From Candidatus Poribacteria bacterium (GTDB taxonomy: Bacteria > Poribacteria > WGA-4E > WGA-3G), in the NCBI GenBank assembly GCA_963663765.2, contig CAXXUA010000013.1, positions 480,001 to 544,000 of the forward strand: 64,000 nucleotides of DNA, written 5' to 3'. Positions 19,703 to 29,684 of the stretch are shown in pieces. A model generated the notes under the pieces. The model was given only the letters and a program-made list of their open reading frames with translations. It had not been told where the DNA came from and did not search any database. Made by a program: the position numbers and the translations under genes. The stretch's first letter is position 1, and every line of letters begins with the position of its first letter.

Positions 19703-19753
19703 TTGTAGGCGTGAATGTCTATTATCCAAAATAATAGACATTCACGCCTACAA
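19703..19753. repeat. Perfect 23-bp GTAG-REP-like inverted repeat between TBDR genes (possible terminator or mRNA stabiliser)
   Basis: TTGTAGGCGTGAATGTCTATTAT-CCAAA-ATAATAGACATTCACGCCTACAA. Confidence 0.8.
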
Positions 19754-19816
19754 TACGTTAGTTAGATCAGTTGTTAATACAAACATTTCTAATGCAAAAA
19801 GGGGGAGATTTGAACA

Positions 19817-22426
19817 ATGAAATGTACAATTAACATGACACCTATTATACTTGTTTTTCACATAGTTTTAGCATTTTCTATGGTCGTTATACCTGTCAGT
19901 GTAGCAGATAACCATGAAAGTGACAGTGAAAGCGAGATGAGCGAAGCAGAATCTGAGTCTGAAGTCGTAGAACTTGAAAAAATGGTAATTGTTGGTACGC
20001 GCGCAAAACCACGTTCCATTCTGGAATCTACCGTTCCTATAGATGTCGTTCTCAGTGATGACTTCATAAAACAGGGCGGAACAGACTTACCTGACCTATT
20101 GAGAAAGTTGGTACCATCTTATAATGTGAATGCACAGCCGATTGCTGATGCAGCGACTGTCGTACGACCTGCTAATCTCAGAGGGTTAGCACCGGATCAC
20201 ACACTTCTACTAGTGAATGGAAAACGTAGACACCGCGCCTCGGTAATCACATGGCTTGGTAACGGTTTATCTGACGGTTCTCAAGGGGCAGACTTGTCTC
20301 CAATCCCATCAATAGCTATCAAACAGATGGAAGTCCTTCGGGATGGTGCATCCGCACAATACGGTTCTGATGCAATTGCAGGAGTGATGAACCTGCAATT
20401 GAAGGATAGTTTCAAAGGCGGGTCGTTAGAAATCAAACCCGGTATATTTCAAGAGGGAGACGGTCTCACATACTCCATCGCTGGTAATATCGGTTTAGGA
20501 ACTGAAGACTATTGGGCAAATCTCAGTTTGGAATACGGAAATATGGATCAAACTGACCGTTCCATCCAAAGAGACGATGCAACCGCTCTTGTCAATGCTG
20601 GAAATAGCCATGTTGCCAACCCAGCACAGCCATGGGGACACCCTATTATTAGTGATGATGTTAAGTTCTTTGCAAACTACGGGCTTAATATTGCTAACAA
20701 TATAGAACTTTATGGCCACGGAAATTATGCACAGAAACAGGTTGAAGGTGGGTTTTATTTCCGAAACCCAAATACGCGTGGCGGTGTATTTAGTATTGAT
20801 GACGGTGCAACCTTGCTTGTCGGACGTGTGGCAGGTGAAGGTGATGTGCCAGTTGTAACGATAACGGACAATGTCCCTGACCCAGAGGCATTACAAATAG
20901 TGCTTGATGATGACGATCTTTTTACATTCCAAGAACTTTTCCCTGGCGGGTTTACCCCACGGTTTGGAGCAGACACACAAGATGCTTCTTTTGTTATTGG
21001 GTTAAAAGGATCTCTTGTTGAGAAATTAGGTTGGGATTTGAGTGCTTCTTATGGACGCCATGCATCTGATTTCTTCATCAACAATACCGTCAATGCTTCG
21101 TTGGGTCCAGAGACACCCACCGAATTTGACCCTGGTGATTATATCCAAGCTGATACAAACTTCAGCCTTGATCTGACATATCCTCTTTCCGAGCAAGTGT
21201 TCTTAGCCGTTGGCGGTGAATATCGAACAGAAACATTTGAAATTGTACAGGGTCAAGAAGAATCATGGATAATTGGACCTCTGGCAAGTCAAGGTTTTAG
21301 TTCCGGATCAAACGGTTTTCCCGGCTTCAGTGACATCGCAGAAGGCAACTGGTCACGTTCCAATTTTGGCGGATACTTGGAAACTGTATTGACACCAATA
21401 GAACCATGGACTGTCAGTGCAGCTATTCGTGGAGAAAACTTTGAGGATTTTGGTAGTACGATAAACTACAAAATCGCCACAAGTTATGCTTTCAATGAAA
21501 CAGTAATGGAATTCCTGTCTCTCGATCCAGAACTTGATATGAGAGTCCGTGGCAGCTACAGTACTGGGTTCCGGGCACCAACGCCAGGTCAACAAAATGC
21601 GTTCAACGTAACAACAGAATTTGGTGAGAACAATACATTGGTGAACAAGGGGTATATTCCTTCTACTCACGCCGCTGCGGAATTAGTGGGTGGGGCTGCT
21701 CTTGAACCGGAAAAGTCAAGAAACATATCTGTCGGATCTGTTCTCAGTGACGGTGTTGTTAGTGTTACTATAGATTATTTTAGTATACGCGTTGAAGACC
21801 GTTTAGCCCCATCAAGAGACTTCCAACGTGGAGACGACATTACTGAAGAACAAATAAAGCAACTTGTAGATGAAGGCATAACAAGTGCTGAAAACCTTCA
21901 AGAATTCCGTTTCTTCACCAACGAATTTGAGACCAGCACGCAAGGTATTGACTTAGTCCTTACTACACCTATCCCTAAAGGCACTGTGAGTCTGGCATAT
22001 AATTACACTGCTACTAAGGTTACTGAACATAATCCTGATATTTTAGATAACCAACGTGTACGCCTATTAGAGGAAGGACTGCCAAAACATCGGGGTAACA
22101 TCACAGTTACACAAAATGTTCGTGATAACTTCGGTGTATTGGGACGTGTCAATTACTATGGACCCTGGTATGAAAATGCTGTTGGTGCACAAATATTTGA
22201 CGACGTGTTCTTAGTTGATCTTGAAGTAAATTATGCATTCGCAAATAACTTGGGATTCACATTAGGTGTGAATAATGTTTTCAGTGTTGAACCAGATACA
22301 GTAAAATGGGCAGACCCAAATATTGAGAACTTTACTGGATCAATCGTTGGTAGACCGTTTGGCGAATATAGTCCCTTCGGATTTGGCGGCGCGTTCTGGT
22401 ACACCAAAATCGGTTACAACTTCTGA
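19817..22426 (+). CDS. TonB-dependent receptor (paralogue 2)
   Basis: Same plug motifs as 17100..19685; SYSTGFRAPTPGQ; terminal GYNF. Confidence 0.95.
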   Translation: MKCTINMTPIILVFHIVLAFSMVVIPVSVADNHESDSESEMSEAESESEVVELEKMVIVGTRAKPRSILESTVPIDVVLSDDFIKQGGTDLPDLLRKLVPSYNVNAQPIADAATVVRPANLRGLAPDHTLLLVNGKRRHRASVITWLGNGLSDGSQGADLSPIPSIAIKQMEVLRDGASAQYGSDAIAGVMNLQLKDSFKGGSLEIKPGIFQEGDGLTYSIAGNIGLGTEDYWANLSLEYGNMDQTDRSIQRDDATALVNAGNSHVANPAQPWGHPIISDDVKFFANYGLNIANNIELYGHGNYAQKQVEGGFYFRNPNTRGGVFSIDDGATLLVGRVAGEGDVPVVTITDNVPDPEALQIVLDDDDLFTFQELFPGGFTPRFGADTQDASFVIGLKGSLVEKLGWDLSASYGRHASDFFINNTVNASLGPETPTEFDPGDYIQADTNFSLDLTYPLSEQVFLAVGGEYRTETFEIVQGQEESWIIGPLASQGFSSGSNGFPGFSDIAEGNWSRSNFGGYLETVLTPIEPWTVSAAIRGENFEDFGSTINYKIATSYAFNETVMEFLSLDPELDMRVRGSYSTGFRAPTPGQQNAFNVTTEFGENNTLVNKGYIPSTHAAAELVGGAALEPEKSRNISVGSVLSDGVVSVTIDYFSIRVEDRLAPSRDFQRGDDITEEQIKQLVDEGITSAENLQEFRFFTNEFETSTQGIDLVLTTPIPKGTVSLAYNYTATKVTEHNPDILDNQRVRLLEEGLPKHRGNITVTQNVRDNFGVLGRVNYYGPWYENAVGAQIFDDVFLVDLEVNYAFANNLGFTLGVNNVFSVEPDTVKWADPNIENFTGSIVGRPFGEYSPFGFGGAFWYTKIGYNF

Positions 22427-22434
22427 TAATATTA

Positions 22435-22474
22435 TTTGTATTAGAGAACAGGTTTTTCTGTTCTCTAATACAAA
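22435..22474. terminator. Perfect 17-bp hairpin after TBDR2
   Basis: TTTGTATTAGAGAACAG-GTTTTT-CTGTTCTCTAATACAAA; no strong U-tract. Confidence 0.5.
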
Positions 22475-22565
22475 GCTGAGTAGGAGCGGTTTTCATTCTG
22501 CACCGAGTACAATAATCTGATTTTTCAAATTCAAGTTAGAATAAGAAGGAGTGTTATAAATTCTA

Positions 22566-23741
22566 ATGTTTAGAACTATGTTTAGGCAAATTCCATTTTT
22601 TTTCTTACTTACCACTTTCTTTTTCACATTTATGTTCTTCACAGGTTGTGAACGAATAATACAAACCATCCCACAAGAAGATTTAGATTCAACAATCAAG
22701 ATAGGATTAATCTATAGTCCTACGGACCCAGGTACTACACTAAATGGTGTGGAATTAGCAATATCACTTGCAAATGAAGCAGGTGGAATCAAGGGTAAAT
22801 CTATTGAACTTCTTCTCAAAGAAAGTAACAGAGAACCTTCACTTAGTGTACAACATGCAAATGAACTGATTGATGCAGGAGTTTTAGTTATCTTAGGTCC
22901 TGATTACAGCGACGAGGCAGTAGAGGTCGGTAGTGTTGCACAAGAACATGGCATCCCAATGATGACAACCTATCCTACAAATCCAAAAGTAACGAGCAAC
23001 GGAAATTTCTCATTTCAAGGAGCTATCCGTGACCCAGACCAAGCAAGGATAATGGCTAATTTTGCAATACAAGATTTGAACGCATTGACTGCCGCTGTCC
23101 TCACAGAAACAGGTGATTCCTATTCAGAAGAAATTTCAGAAGCATTTATTGAATACTATTCGGCACAAGATGGAAAAATTGCAACACAGCAATTCTATAA
23201 TTCAGGCGAAACAGATTTTACAGAACAATTGACCGAAATTGCTGCTGTTGATCCTGCTGTAGACGTTGTCTTTTTGGCTGGTTTGGGTTCGGAATTTCCA
23301 TTAGCAGTAAAACAAGCTAAATCTGAAACGTTCGGTATTACAGCAACTTTCCTCGGCGGTGATGGTTGGGATCGTCCTGACTTAGTGGAAATTGGTGGAA
23401 TTGCATTGGAAGGTAGTTTCTTTGCTAACCACTTCTCACCTGATGCACAATTGAGTGAACTTGGGAATCTATTTGTTAACTTATATACCGAGAAATTTGG
23501 GATTGCACCAAACGGTCCCGCTGCCCTTGGCTTTGATTCTACGAATGTTGTTATTGAAGCAATGCGGCGAACGACTGATTTGACACCCGCAGCAATCCGT
23601 GGCCAAATTGAAGAAACTCAGAACTACAACGGAGCAATGATTATATCTCATTTTGATGAAAACCGTTATGCAGTCAAGAGTTTAGTTATTAACACCGTTA
23701 AAGATGGAAAGATACAATTTCATCAAGTAATTACACCATAG
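22566..23741 (+). CDS. LivJ-like ABC substrate-binding lipoprotein
   Basis: Lipobox FTGC; paralogous to 8536..9693; FLGGDGWD; NHFSPD. Confidence 0.88.
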   Translation: MFRTMFRQIPFFFLLTTFFFTFMFFTGCERIIQTIPQEDLDSTIKIGLIYSPTDPGTTLNGVELAISLANEAGGIKGKSIELLLKESNREPSLSVQHANELIDAGVLVILGPDYSDEAVEVGSVAQEHGIPMMTTYPTNPKVTSNGNFSFQGAIRDPDQARIMANFAIQDLNALTAAVLTETGDSYSEEISEAFIEYYSAQDGKIATQQFYNSGETDFTEQLTEIAAVDPAVDVVFLAGLGSEFPLAVKQAKSETFGITATFLGGDGWDRPDLVEIGGIALEGSFFANHFSPDAQLSELGNLFVNLYTEKFGIAPNGPAALGFDSTNVVIEAMRRTTDLTPAAIRGQIEETQNYNGAMIISHFDENRYAVKSLVINTVKDGKIQFHQVITP

Positions 23742-23808
23742 TATTTCTTAAATATTATAGAGCAAGGTTTCTGCACCTTGCACACTTTGAAGGGGGAAAT
23801 TAATCGCT

Positions 23809-24645
23809 ATGAGCAATCAAAGCAGAGACGCTGAATATACCATGGGGAGAAGTGAATCCGAAACAGACCGACTGATTGAGCAGTCCGTGCTTTACGATGA
23901 TGTCACGCGACGCTTCCTATTGAGAAGCGGCATAACTAAAGGTATGAAAGTGCTTGATGTTGGTAGTGGTGCAGGAGACGTAGCACTCACGCTCGCAGAA
24001 TTTGTCGGTCCAGAAGGGAAAGTCGTTGGCGTTGATCTCAATGCAGATATTCTTGAGATCGCAAAAACTCGCGCTGACGCAGCTGGTTATGAGAACATTG
24101 AACTCATTGCTGGGGACACACGAACACTTGAACTCCCATCAGACTTTGATGCTGTTGTAGGCAGACTTGTACTGATGTATATGGCGGATCCAGCAGAAGC
24201 ACTCCAACATTTGACAACACATTTACGTCCAGGTGGTATTGCTGCTTTTCAAGAGGTAGACTTTTCACCTTATACTGCTGCTGTTCATTCAGATACACCT
24301 TTGATAAATGATTTAGTTGACTGGGGACGTACCGTGTTTGAACGATCAGGTGCACATGTTGAAATGGGAATGGAACTCTACAAAGCTTATGTTGACGCTG
24401 GTTTGCCAGAACCTTCACTCCATTTTGAAGCACCTATGGGTGGTCCTGAAAACTGGCCTGGATTTGCTTATCTTGAAAATAGTTTTCGGAGCATCTTACC
24501 ACTAATAGAAGCTTATGAAATTGCTACTGCTGAAGAGGTAGATGTAGACACACTCGCAGCACGGATACAAGCTGAAGTCTCCGCGTCTAAACGACCTATA
24601 ATGTTACCACCGCACATCACAGCACATGCAACTCTACCGTCTTAA
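23809..24645 (+). CDS. Class I SAM-dependent methyltransferase (paralogue 1)
   Basis: VLDVGSGAGDV, FDAVVGRLVLMY, LRPGG. Confidence 0.9.
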   Translation: MSNQSRDAEYTMGRSESETDRLIEQSVLYDDVTRRFLLRSGITKGMKVLDVGSGAGDVALTLAEFVGPEGKVVGVDLNADILEIAKTRADAAGYENIELIAGDTRTLELPSDFDAVVGRLVLMYMADPAEALQHLTTHLRPGGIAAFQEVDFSPYTAAVHSDTPLINDLVDWGRTVFERSGAHVEMGMELYKAYVDAGLPEPSLHFEAPMGGPENWPGFAYLENSFRSILPLIEAYEIATAEEVDVDTLAARIQAEVSASKRPIMLPPHITAHATLPS

Positions 24646-24657
24646 ATAGCACAGAAC

Positions 24658-25518
24658 ATGACGAATACTGATTCAGGTAACTCCCACACACTCAATAGTG
24701 ATGCTACCTATACCTTAGGACGCACATCACACGAAACAACTCGTCTGATCGAACAATCAAAAATCTATGGGGAGTCAACCCGACTCCTCTTAGAACGTGC
24801 TGGAATTTGTGAGGGTATGCGTGTCCTTGAAATCGGAAGCGGTGCTGGTGATGTCGCGCTTACGCTTGCTGAACTTGTCGGATCATCTGGACAAGTTGTC
24901 GGTGTAGATGTCAATCCAGCAATCCTTAGCACAGCACGGCAACGTGCTTCTGAAACAGATATAAACAACATCCAATTCATTGCAGGGGATGCCAGAACAC
25001 TTCTCTTTGAAGAGAAATTTGACGCACTAATTGGTAGGTTCGTGTTGATGTATATGTCCGATCCGGTTGTAGCATTAGCAAAACTCATTACACATTTAAA
25101 ACCATGTGGAGTTGTTGCCTTTCAGGAACCAGAGTATACACTTTATCCCGGATTTTCAGATCCAGATTCACCTCTTGTGAATAAACTGTATAAGTGGATT
25201 GTGGAGGCATTTGAAAGTTCTGGGGCACATCTTGATATGGGCATCGGACTATACCGTGCTTTTGTTGAGGTGGGTTTGCCACCACCAGAGATGCATCTGC
25301 ACGGTCCAATCGGAGCAGATGCAGATTGGTCAGGCTACCGATATATGGTCACTATCTTCCAAAGTCTACTTCCTCTCATTGAGAAATTTGGGATAGCAAC
25401 TGCAGCTGAGGTAGATATAAACACATTAGGAGAACGCTTACGACAGGAAGTAATGGCAACAAAACGTCCATTTTTCCTACCACTGCATGTAACTGCACAG
25501 GCATGTTTACCTGCATAG
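24658..25518 (+). CDS. Class I SAM-dependent methyltransferase (paralogue 2)
   Basis: VLEIGSGAGDV, FDALIGRFVLMY; collinear with upstream gene. Confidence 0.9.
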   Translation: MTNTDSGNSHTLNSDATYTLGRTSHETTRLIEQSKIYGESTRLLLERAGICEGMRVLEIGSGAGDVALTLAELVGSSGQVVGVDVNPAILSTARQRASETDINNIQFIAGDARTLLFEEKFDALIGRFVLMYMSDPVVALAKLITHLKPCGVVAFQEPEYTLYPGFSDPDSPLVNKLYKWIVEAFESSGAHLDMGIGLYRAFVEVGLPPPEMHLHGPIGADADWSGYRYMVTIFQSLLPLIEKFGIATAAEVDINTLGERLRQEVMATKRPFFLPLHVTAQACLPA

Positions 25519-25654
25519 ATCTGACATACTGTATATTAGTCAGACAGATTAAAGAAGTAGATGTAACATCAAAACACACCATAGGCGTCAATTTAAGGAC
25601 AAATCCCGTCACACATTGAAGGGAGGGTCTCCGGGGAATGCTAAAAGGCATTCA

Positions 25655-25716
25655 TACCGTTAATTTGTTACCCGCTCGTGTTCTCGGTACTAATAACAAA
25701 TCACGTCAATTTGGTA
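25655..25716. mobile_element. Degenerate family A MITE
   Basis: Right end ACGTCAATTTGGTA, left end TACC..; TSD TCA at 25652-25654 and 25717-25719. Confidence 0.5.
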
Positions 25717-25718
25717 TC

Positions 25719-25815
25719 AGTCCCGTAGGGACGAATGTTTATAGAAAAAATGCTAACCACCTCTTGAGTTCCGTAGGAACGACATATATAGAAAACATAT
25801 CGTCCCTACGGGATA
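25719..25815. repeat. REPIN-like element of GTCCCGTAGGGAC palindromes
   Basis: AGTCCCGTAGGGACGA...AGTTCCGTAGGAACGAC...ATATCGTCCCTACGGGA; reverse-complement homologue at about 49020-49125. Confidence 0.8.
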
Positions 25816-25931
25816 AAACTTATGAGGACAGACCATTATGTTACGGTTTCCTAACCACAAAATAGTGGTCTGTATAAGAAAATTGCACTGATTTTCTCTT
25901 GTAGTGAGTTTCAACCCAGATTTACACAGTC

Positions 25932-26086
25932 TTATAGTAAAATCCAAGAATATGTCTACACTCCCTGGTAGGTGCGGTTTCTAACCAATGCAGAATATCA
26001 TACGCGTATTCTGCACGATTTTATACAGGTTCGGTTAGGAAACCGAACCTACCGTCGTGTCCTAGTAATTATGGATTTTACTATAA
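25932..26086. mobile_element. MITE (family C) enclosing two inverted REPs
   Basis: Perfect 15-bp IR TTATAGTAAAATCCA / TGGATTTTACTATAA; inside GGTAGGTGCGGTTTCTAACC and GGTTCGGTTAGGAAACCGAACCTACC. Confidence 0.75.
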
Positions 26087-26105
26087 ATCTGCGTAAGTCC
26101 CGCTT

Positions 26106-26148
26106 ATAAAAGTAGTAGGTGCGTCCAAAACGCACCTACTACTTTTAT
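26106..26148. terminator. REP-derived bidirectional terminator-like hairpin between convergent genes
   Basis: ATAAAAGTAGTAGGTGCG-TCCAAAA-CGCACCTACTACTTTTAT. Confidence 0.65.
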
Positions 26149-26187
26149 TTACTTTATTGTTTTATGTTGATCATGAAATGCAAGAAA

Positions 26188-26982
26188 CTAACGTACATAA
26201 GACTTCAGGTTTCCCCAAGTCGTTGTCAATTTTCCTTGTGCGTCCACAGCAAGGTGTTCAACCATTCCATTATTCATAATGGATTGTACTTCCTCTTGTG
26301 TTAACCCACGTTTCCAGATGTTGAGTTCATCCATGAGTCCATTGAACGGACGTTTGTTGTCAATGTTATATCCTACACGTGCCCCCATATCCCAATCTCC
26401 AGCGATTTTGCCGCTTGCTCGTGCTTTTTCATTCGCAACTTCTTCACCATTGATATAGAGATATGCCATTTCTTCTTCACGGCTAAATGTGCCAGCATAA
26501 TGTATCCAATCGTTAGCCTGGTTTTTTCCAGCTTTGATATCAAACAGTGTTTGATTCTCCGCGCTTCGGTTTAACCAGCGGTAATTTCCATCACCGCGTG
26601 CTTCGGGATGAACAAGCCAAACACTATTTTCTGCGCGCGCATTGAAAATCGCCATATCCGCTATGCCTTCAACATTGATCCACGCAACAACACTCATTCC
26701 TTCTGTCGGAATATCGTCAGGATTGATATTAGGACCATTTAGGTCAAGAAAACCACCTGTTGCGAAATGGGCTGCTTTGCCAAACCTACCATCGTCTGAT
26801 TGCTTTACATTACCATTTATTTTCCCGTTGTATTCACGTCCAGATTTCTCAAAAACGGTGTCTCCATCAAACTCTTCAAAGTCAAAATAGAGCACCAAAT
26901 CCGGATCTAACACATCTGCAGACAGATCATTTATTTGAAGTATTGTAAACATACATATCAGTATCGAAACAAAGTGTTTCAT
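26188..26982 (-). CDS. Secreted LamG/concanavalin A-like domain protein
   Basis: Signal peptide; LVLYFDFEE, GRFGKA, WIHYAGT, FNGLMDELNIW; tail AVDAQGKLTTTWGNLK. Confidence 0.88.
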   Translation of the reverse strand: MKHFVSILICMFTILQINDLSADVLDPDLVLYFDFEEFDGDTVFEKSGREYNGKINGNVKQSDDGRFGKAAHFATGGFLDLNGPNINPDDIPTEGMSVVAWINVEGIADMAIFNARAENSVWLVHPEARGDGNYRWLNRSAENQTLFDIKAGKNQANDWIHYAGTFSREEEMAYLYINGEEVANEKARASGKIAGDWDMGARVGYNIDNKRPFNGLMDELNIWKRGLTQEEVQSIMNNGMVEHLAVDAQGKLTTTWGNLKSYVR

Positions 26983-27138
26983 TATTGTTTTTTCCTTTTA
27001 TTTTCATTTTAGAATTTTTTTAACCTTTATAGTTTAACACTTGTTATTGCAAACCTGCAAACAAAAATCTCAAGAGTTTTTCCTTGAAATTAACAGTGTA
27101 TTAAGATAAATTAATACGATGACTTTGGAGTAACCTAT

Positions 27139-28929
27139 ATGAAAATATCACCCATTGATTGGACAATAATTATCGGTTATATCCTGTTTGCACTTGGACT
27201 CGGCATCTATTTTTCCAAGAGAGCAGGGAAAAACATCAACGAGTTTTTTGTCTCAGGACGAAACCTCCCTTGGTGGTTAGCTGGTACCTCTATGGTAGCG
27301 ACTACCTTCGCTGCTGACACTCCCCTCGCAGTCACCGAACTTGTTGTCAAAGATGGGATCGCAGGGAATTGGTTATGGTGGAACGCCGTTCTTAGCGGTA
27401 TTTTAGCCACATATCTGTTTTCAAGACTATGGAGACGTTCTGACATCATTACAGATGTTGAGTTCACTGAACTACGATACTCTGGACCTTCAGCGAGTTT
27501 CTTAAGAGGTTTTCGCGCCCTATATATCGGATTGCCGATGAACTGCATTACGATGGGATGGGTCATCCTTGCAATGCAGAAAATCGTTGTGATAACTTTC
27601 GGCCTCCAGGATACTGCATATACAAAAGTCGTTGTGGTCTTAGTATGCCTTCTAATTGCTGGTGTTTATTGTGCGTTGTCAGGATTCTGGGGTGTTGTCA
27701 TGACAGACATCGTGCAGTTCGGCATGGCTATGATAGGTTCTATTGCTCTTGCAATCATCGCTATAAAGAAAATCGGTGGCATAGGAGTTCTGAAAGAGAA
27801 ATTGGTTGGTGTTTACGGAGTAGACAACAGTATACTAAATTTTACTCCCGACTTTAGTGCCGGCAAAATGGCAATAATTACCTTCGGAGTTTATATGGGT
27901 ATCCAGTGGTGGGCATCAAACGGCGTTGACGGTAGCGGATATATCGCACAAAGGATGTTCGCCGCCAAGAATGAACGACACACACTGCTGGCAACATTGT
28001 GGTTCAATATCGCACATTACACACTCCGTCCCTGGCCCTGGATACTCGTCGCATTAGTAGCAATGGTGGTTTATCCACACATTGGTGATCCTGACCATGT
28101 GAATCAAACACTACAAGACCCCGCTGTAGGTTACCCGTTACTCATGCTTGAGTTTCTACCTGTTGGCTTGCTTGGACTCATGCTGACTGCATTTCTGGCT
28201 GCTTTCATGTCTACGATTGATACACATCTTAACTGGGGTGCGTCCTACCTTGTCAACGACTTTTACAAGCGATTTATAAAACCGGATGAAACTCCAAAGC
28301 ATTATGTTGCTATATCAAGGCTTTTTGTAATTCTCATCATGCTAATTGCAGGAGTAACAAGCCTTTTCATGGATTCTATCGCTGGAGCATGGAAGTTTCT
28401 AATTGCATTGAATTCTGGTATCGGACTTGTGCAGATTCTGCGATGGTATTGGTGGAGAATCAACGCATGGTCAGAAATATCGGCAATGGTAGCAGCGTTA
28501 GTTGTCTCAATCTTTGTATTTTTACATCCCGCAACAAAAGATGAATTCGCATTCCAAATGCTCCTCATTGTCCCAATATCTACTATTGTTTGGATAGTAG
28601 TTACATTCATTACTGAACCTGTTTCAAATGAAACATTAATCTCCTTTTACAAAAAGGTTAGACCAAGTAAAACTGGATGGAATTGGGTTGCAAAAGCATT
28701 TGAAAACGAATCAAAAATAACAGACACTCAAAATATACAAACTGATACAAAGATACCCGCATTGGTGAATTGGATAGTCGGAGTGATTTTTATTTATTCA
28801 TTCTTATTTAGCATTGGCAAACTGCTATTAGGATTTGCCAGTTCTGGTCTGATTTTTCTATTAATCGCAATTGTTAGTGGGGTGATCATGTTTAAAAATT
28901 TACCGACAAAAAAGGGAAGTGATATTTGA
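27139..28929 (+). CDS. Sodium:solute symporter (SSS) family transporter
   Basis: FFVSGRNLPWWLAGTSMVATTF; AAFMSTIDT; 13-14 TM segments. Confidence 0.92.
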   Translation: MKISPIDWTIIIGYILFALGLGIYFSKRAGKNINEFFVSGRNLPWWLAGTSMVATTFAADTPLAVTELVVKDGIAGNWLWWNAVLSGILATYLFSRLWRRSDIITDVEFTELRYSGPSASFLRGFRALYIGLPMNCITMGWVILAMQKIVVITFGLQDTAYTKVVVVLVCLLIAGVYCALSGFWGVVMTDIVQFGMAMIGSIALAIIAIKKIGGIGVLKEKLVGVYGVDNSILNFTPDFSAGKMAIITFGVYMGIQWWASNGVDGSGYIAQRMFAAKNERHTLLATLWFNIAHYTLRPWPWILVALVAMVVYPHIGDPDHVNQTLQDPAVGYPLLMLEFLPVGLLGLMLTAFLAAFMSTIDTHLNWGASYLVNDFYKRFIKPDETPKHYVAISRLFVILIMLIAGVTSLFMDSIAGAWKFLIALNSGIGLVQILRWYWWRINAWSEISAMVAALVVSIFVFLHPATKDEFAFQMLLIVPISTIVWIVVTFITEPVSNETLISFYKKVRPSKTGWNWVAKAFENESKITDTQNIQTDTKIPALVNWIVGVIFIYSFLFSIGKLLLGFASSGLIFLLIAIVSGVIMFKNLPTKKGSDI

Positions 28930-29684
28930 AAAGTATAGGAATTATTCCAGCACGTTATGCATCAAGCCGTTTTAAGGGAAAGGCATTAGCAGACATTTTC
29001 GGAAAACCGATGGTGCAACATGTTTACGAAAATGCCTGCAAGTCAAAAATGCTAAGCCAAGTAATTGTCGCTACAGATGACCAACGAATCTACAACGCCA
29101 TGAAAAACATTGGTGGAAATGTACAAATGACAGGTGAATTTTCCACCGGATCTGACCGTGTTTCCTACGTCGCTGAAAAACTGACATGTGACATTGTAGT
29201 CAATATACAAGGTGATGAACCCTTGCTTGAACCTGAACAGATTGATTTGATGCTGCAACCTTTTGTGGACAGACCGGATGTACAAGTCTGTACTTTGAAA
29301 GAACGAATTCACACTGTAGAGGATTATCTTGATAGGAACGTCGTGAAAGTTGTTACGAATCTGAATGGCGATGCGTTGTACTTTTCAAGGGGTACAATCC
29401 CTTGCACACCAATAAACAAACAACTTAATTTTAATGAAAACATGCCCGTATATAAACATATTGGGTTATATGCATTCCGAAAGGAACAACTCCTTGCTTT
29501 CACATCTTGGGAACAAACCCCTCATGAGATTATTGAAGGATTAGAGCAGCTGCGATTTTTGGAAAACGGTATTCCTATCCATGTCGTTGAAACAGATACT
29601 TCTCTTATTGGCGTAGATGTACCAGCAGATTTGGAACGCGTAAAACAGATTTTAAAAATGAAAGGCATTGAAGGAAATGACTAA
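28926..29684 (+). CDS. kdsB: 3-deoxy-manno-octulosonate cytidylyltransferase
   Basis: IIPARYASSRFKGK, VATDD, NIQGDEP, HIGLYAF, EGLEQLR. Confidence 0.95.
   Translation: MKSIGIIPARYASSRFKGKALADIFGKPMVQHVYENACKSKMLSQVIVATDDQRIYNAMKNIGGNVQMTGEFSTGSDRVSYVAEKLTCDIVVNIQGDEPLLEPEQIDLMLQPFVDRPDVQVCTLKERIHTVEDYLDRNVVKVVTNLNGDALYFSRGTIPCTPINKQLNFNENMPVYKHIGLYAFRKEQLLAFTSWEQTPHEIIEGLEQLRFLENGIPIHVVETDTSLIGVDVPADLERVKQILKMKGIEGND

Noticed and set aside
25376-25947. Short ORFs (25376..25651, 25638..25865, 25753..25947), likewise 49222..49404
   Set aside because: They run through repeat modules and show no protein motifs
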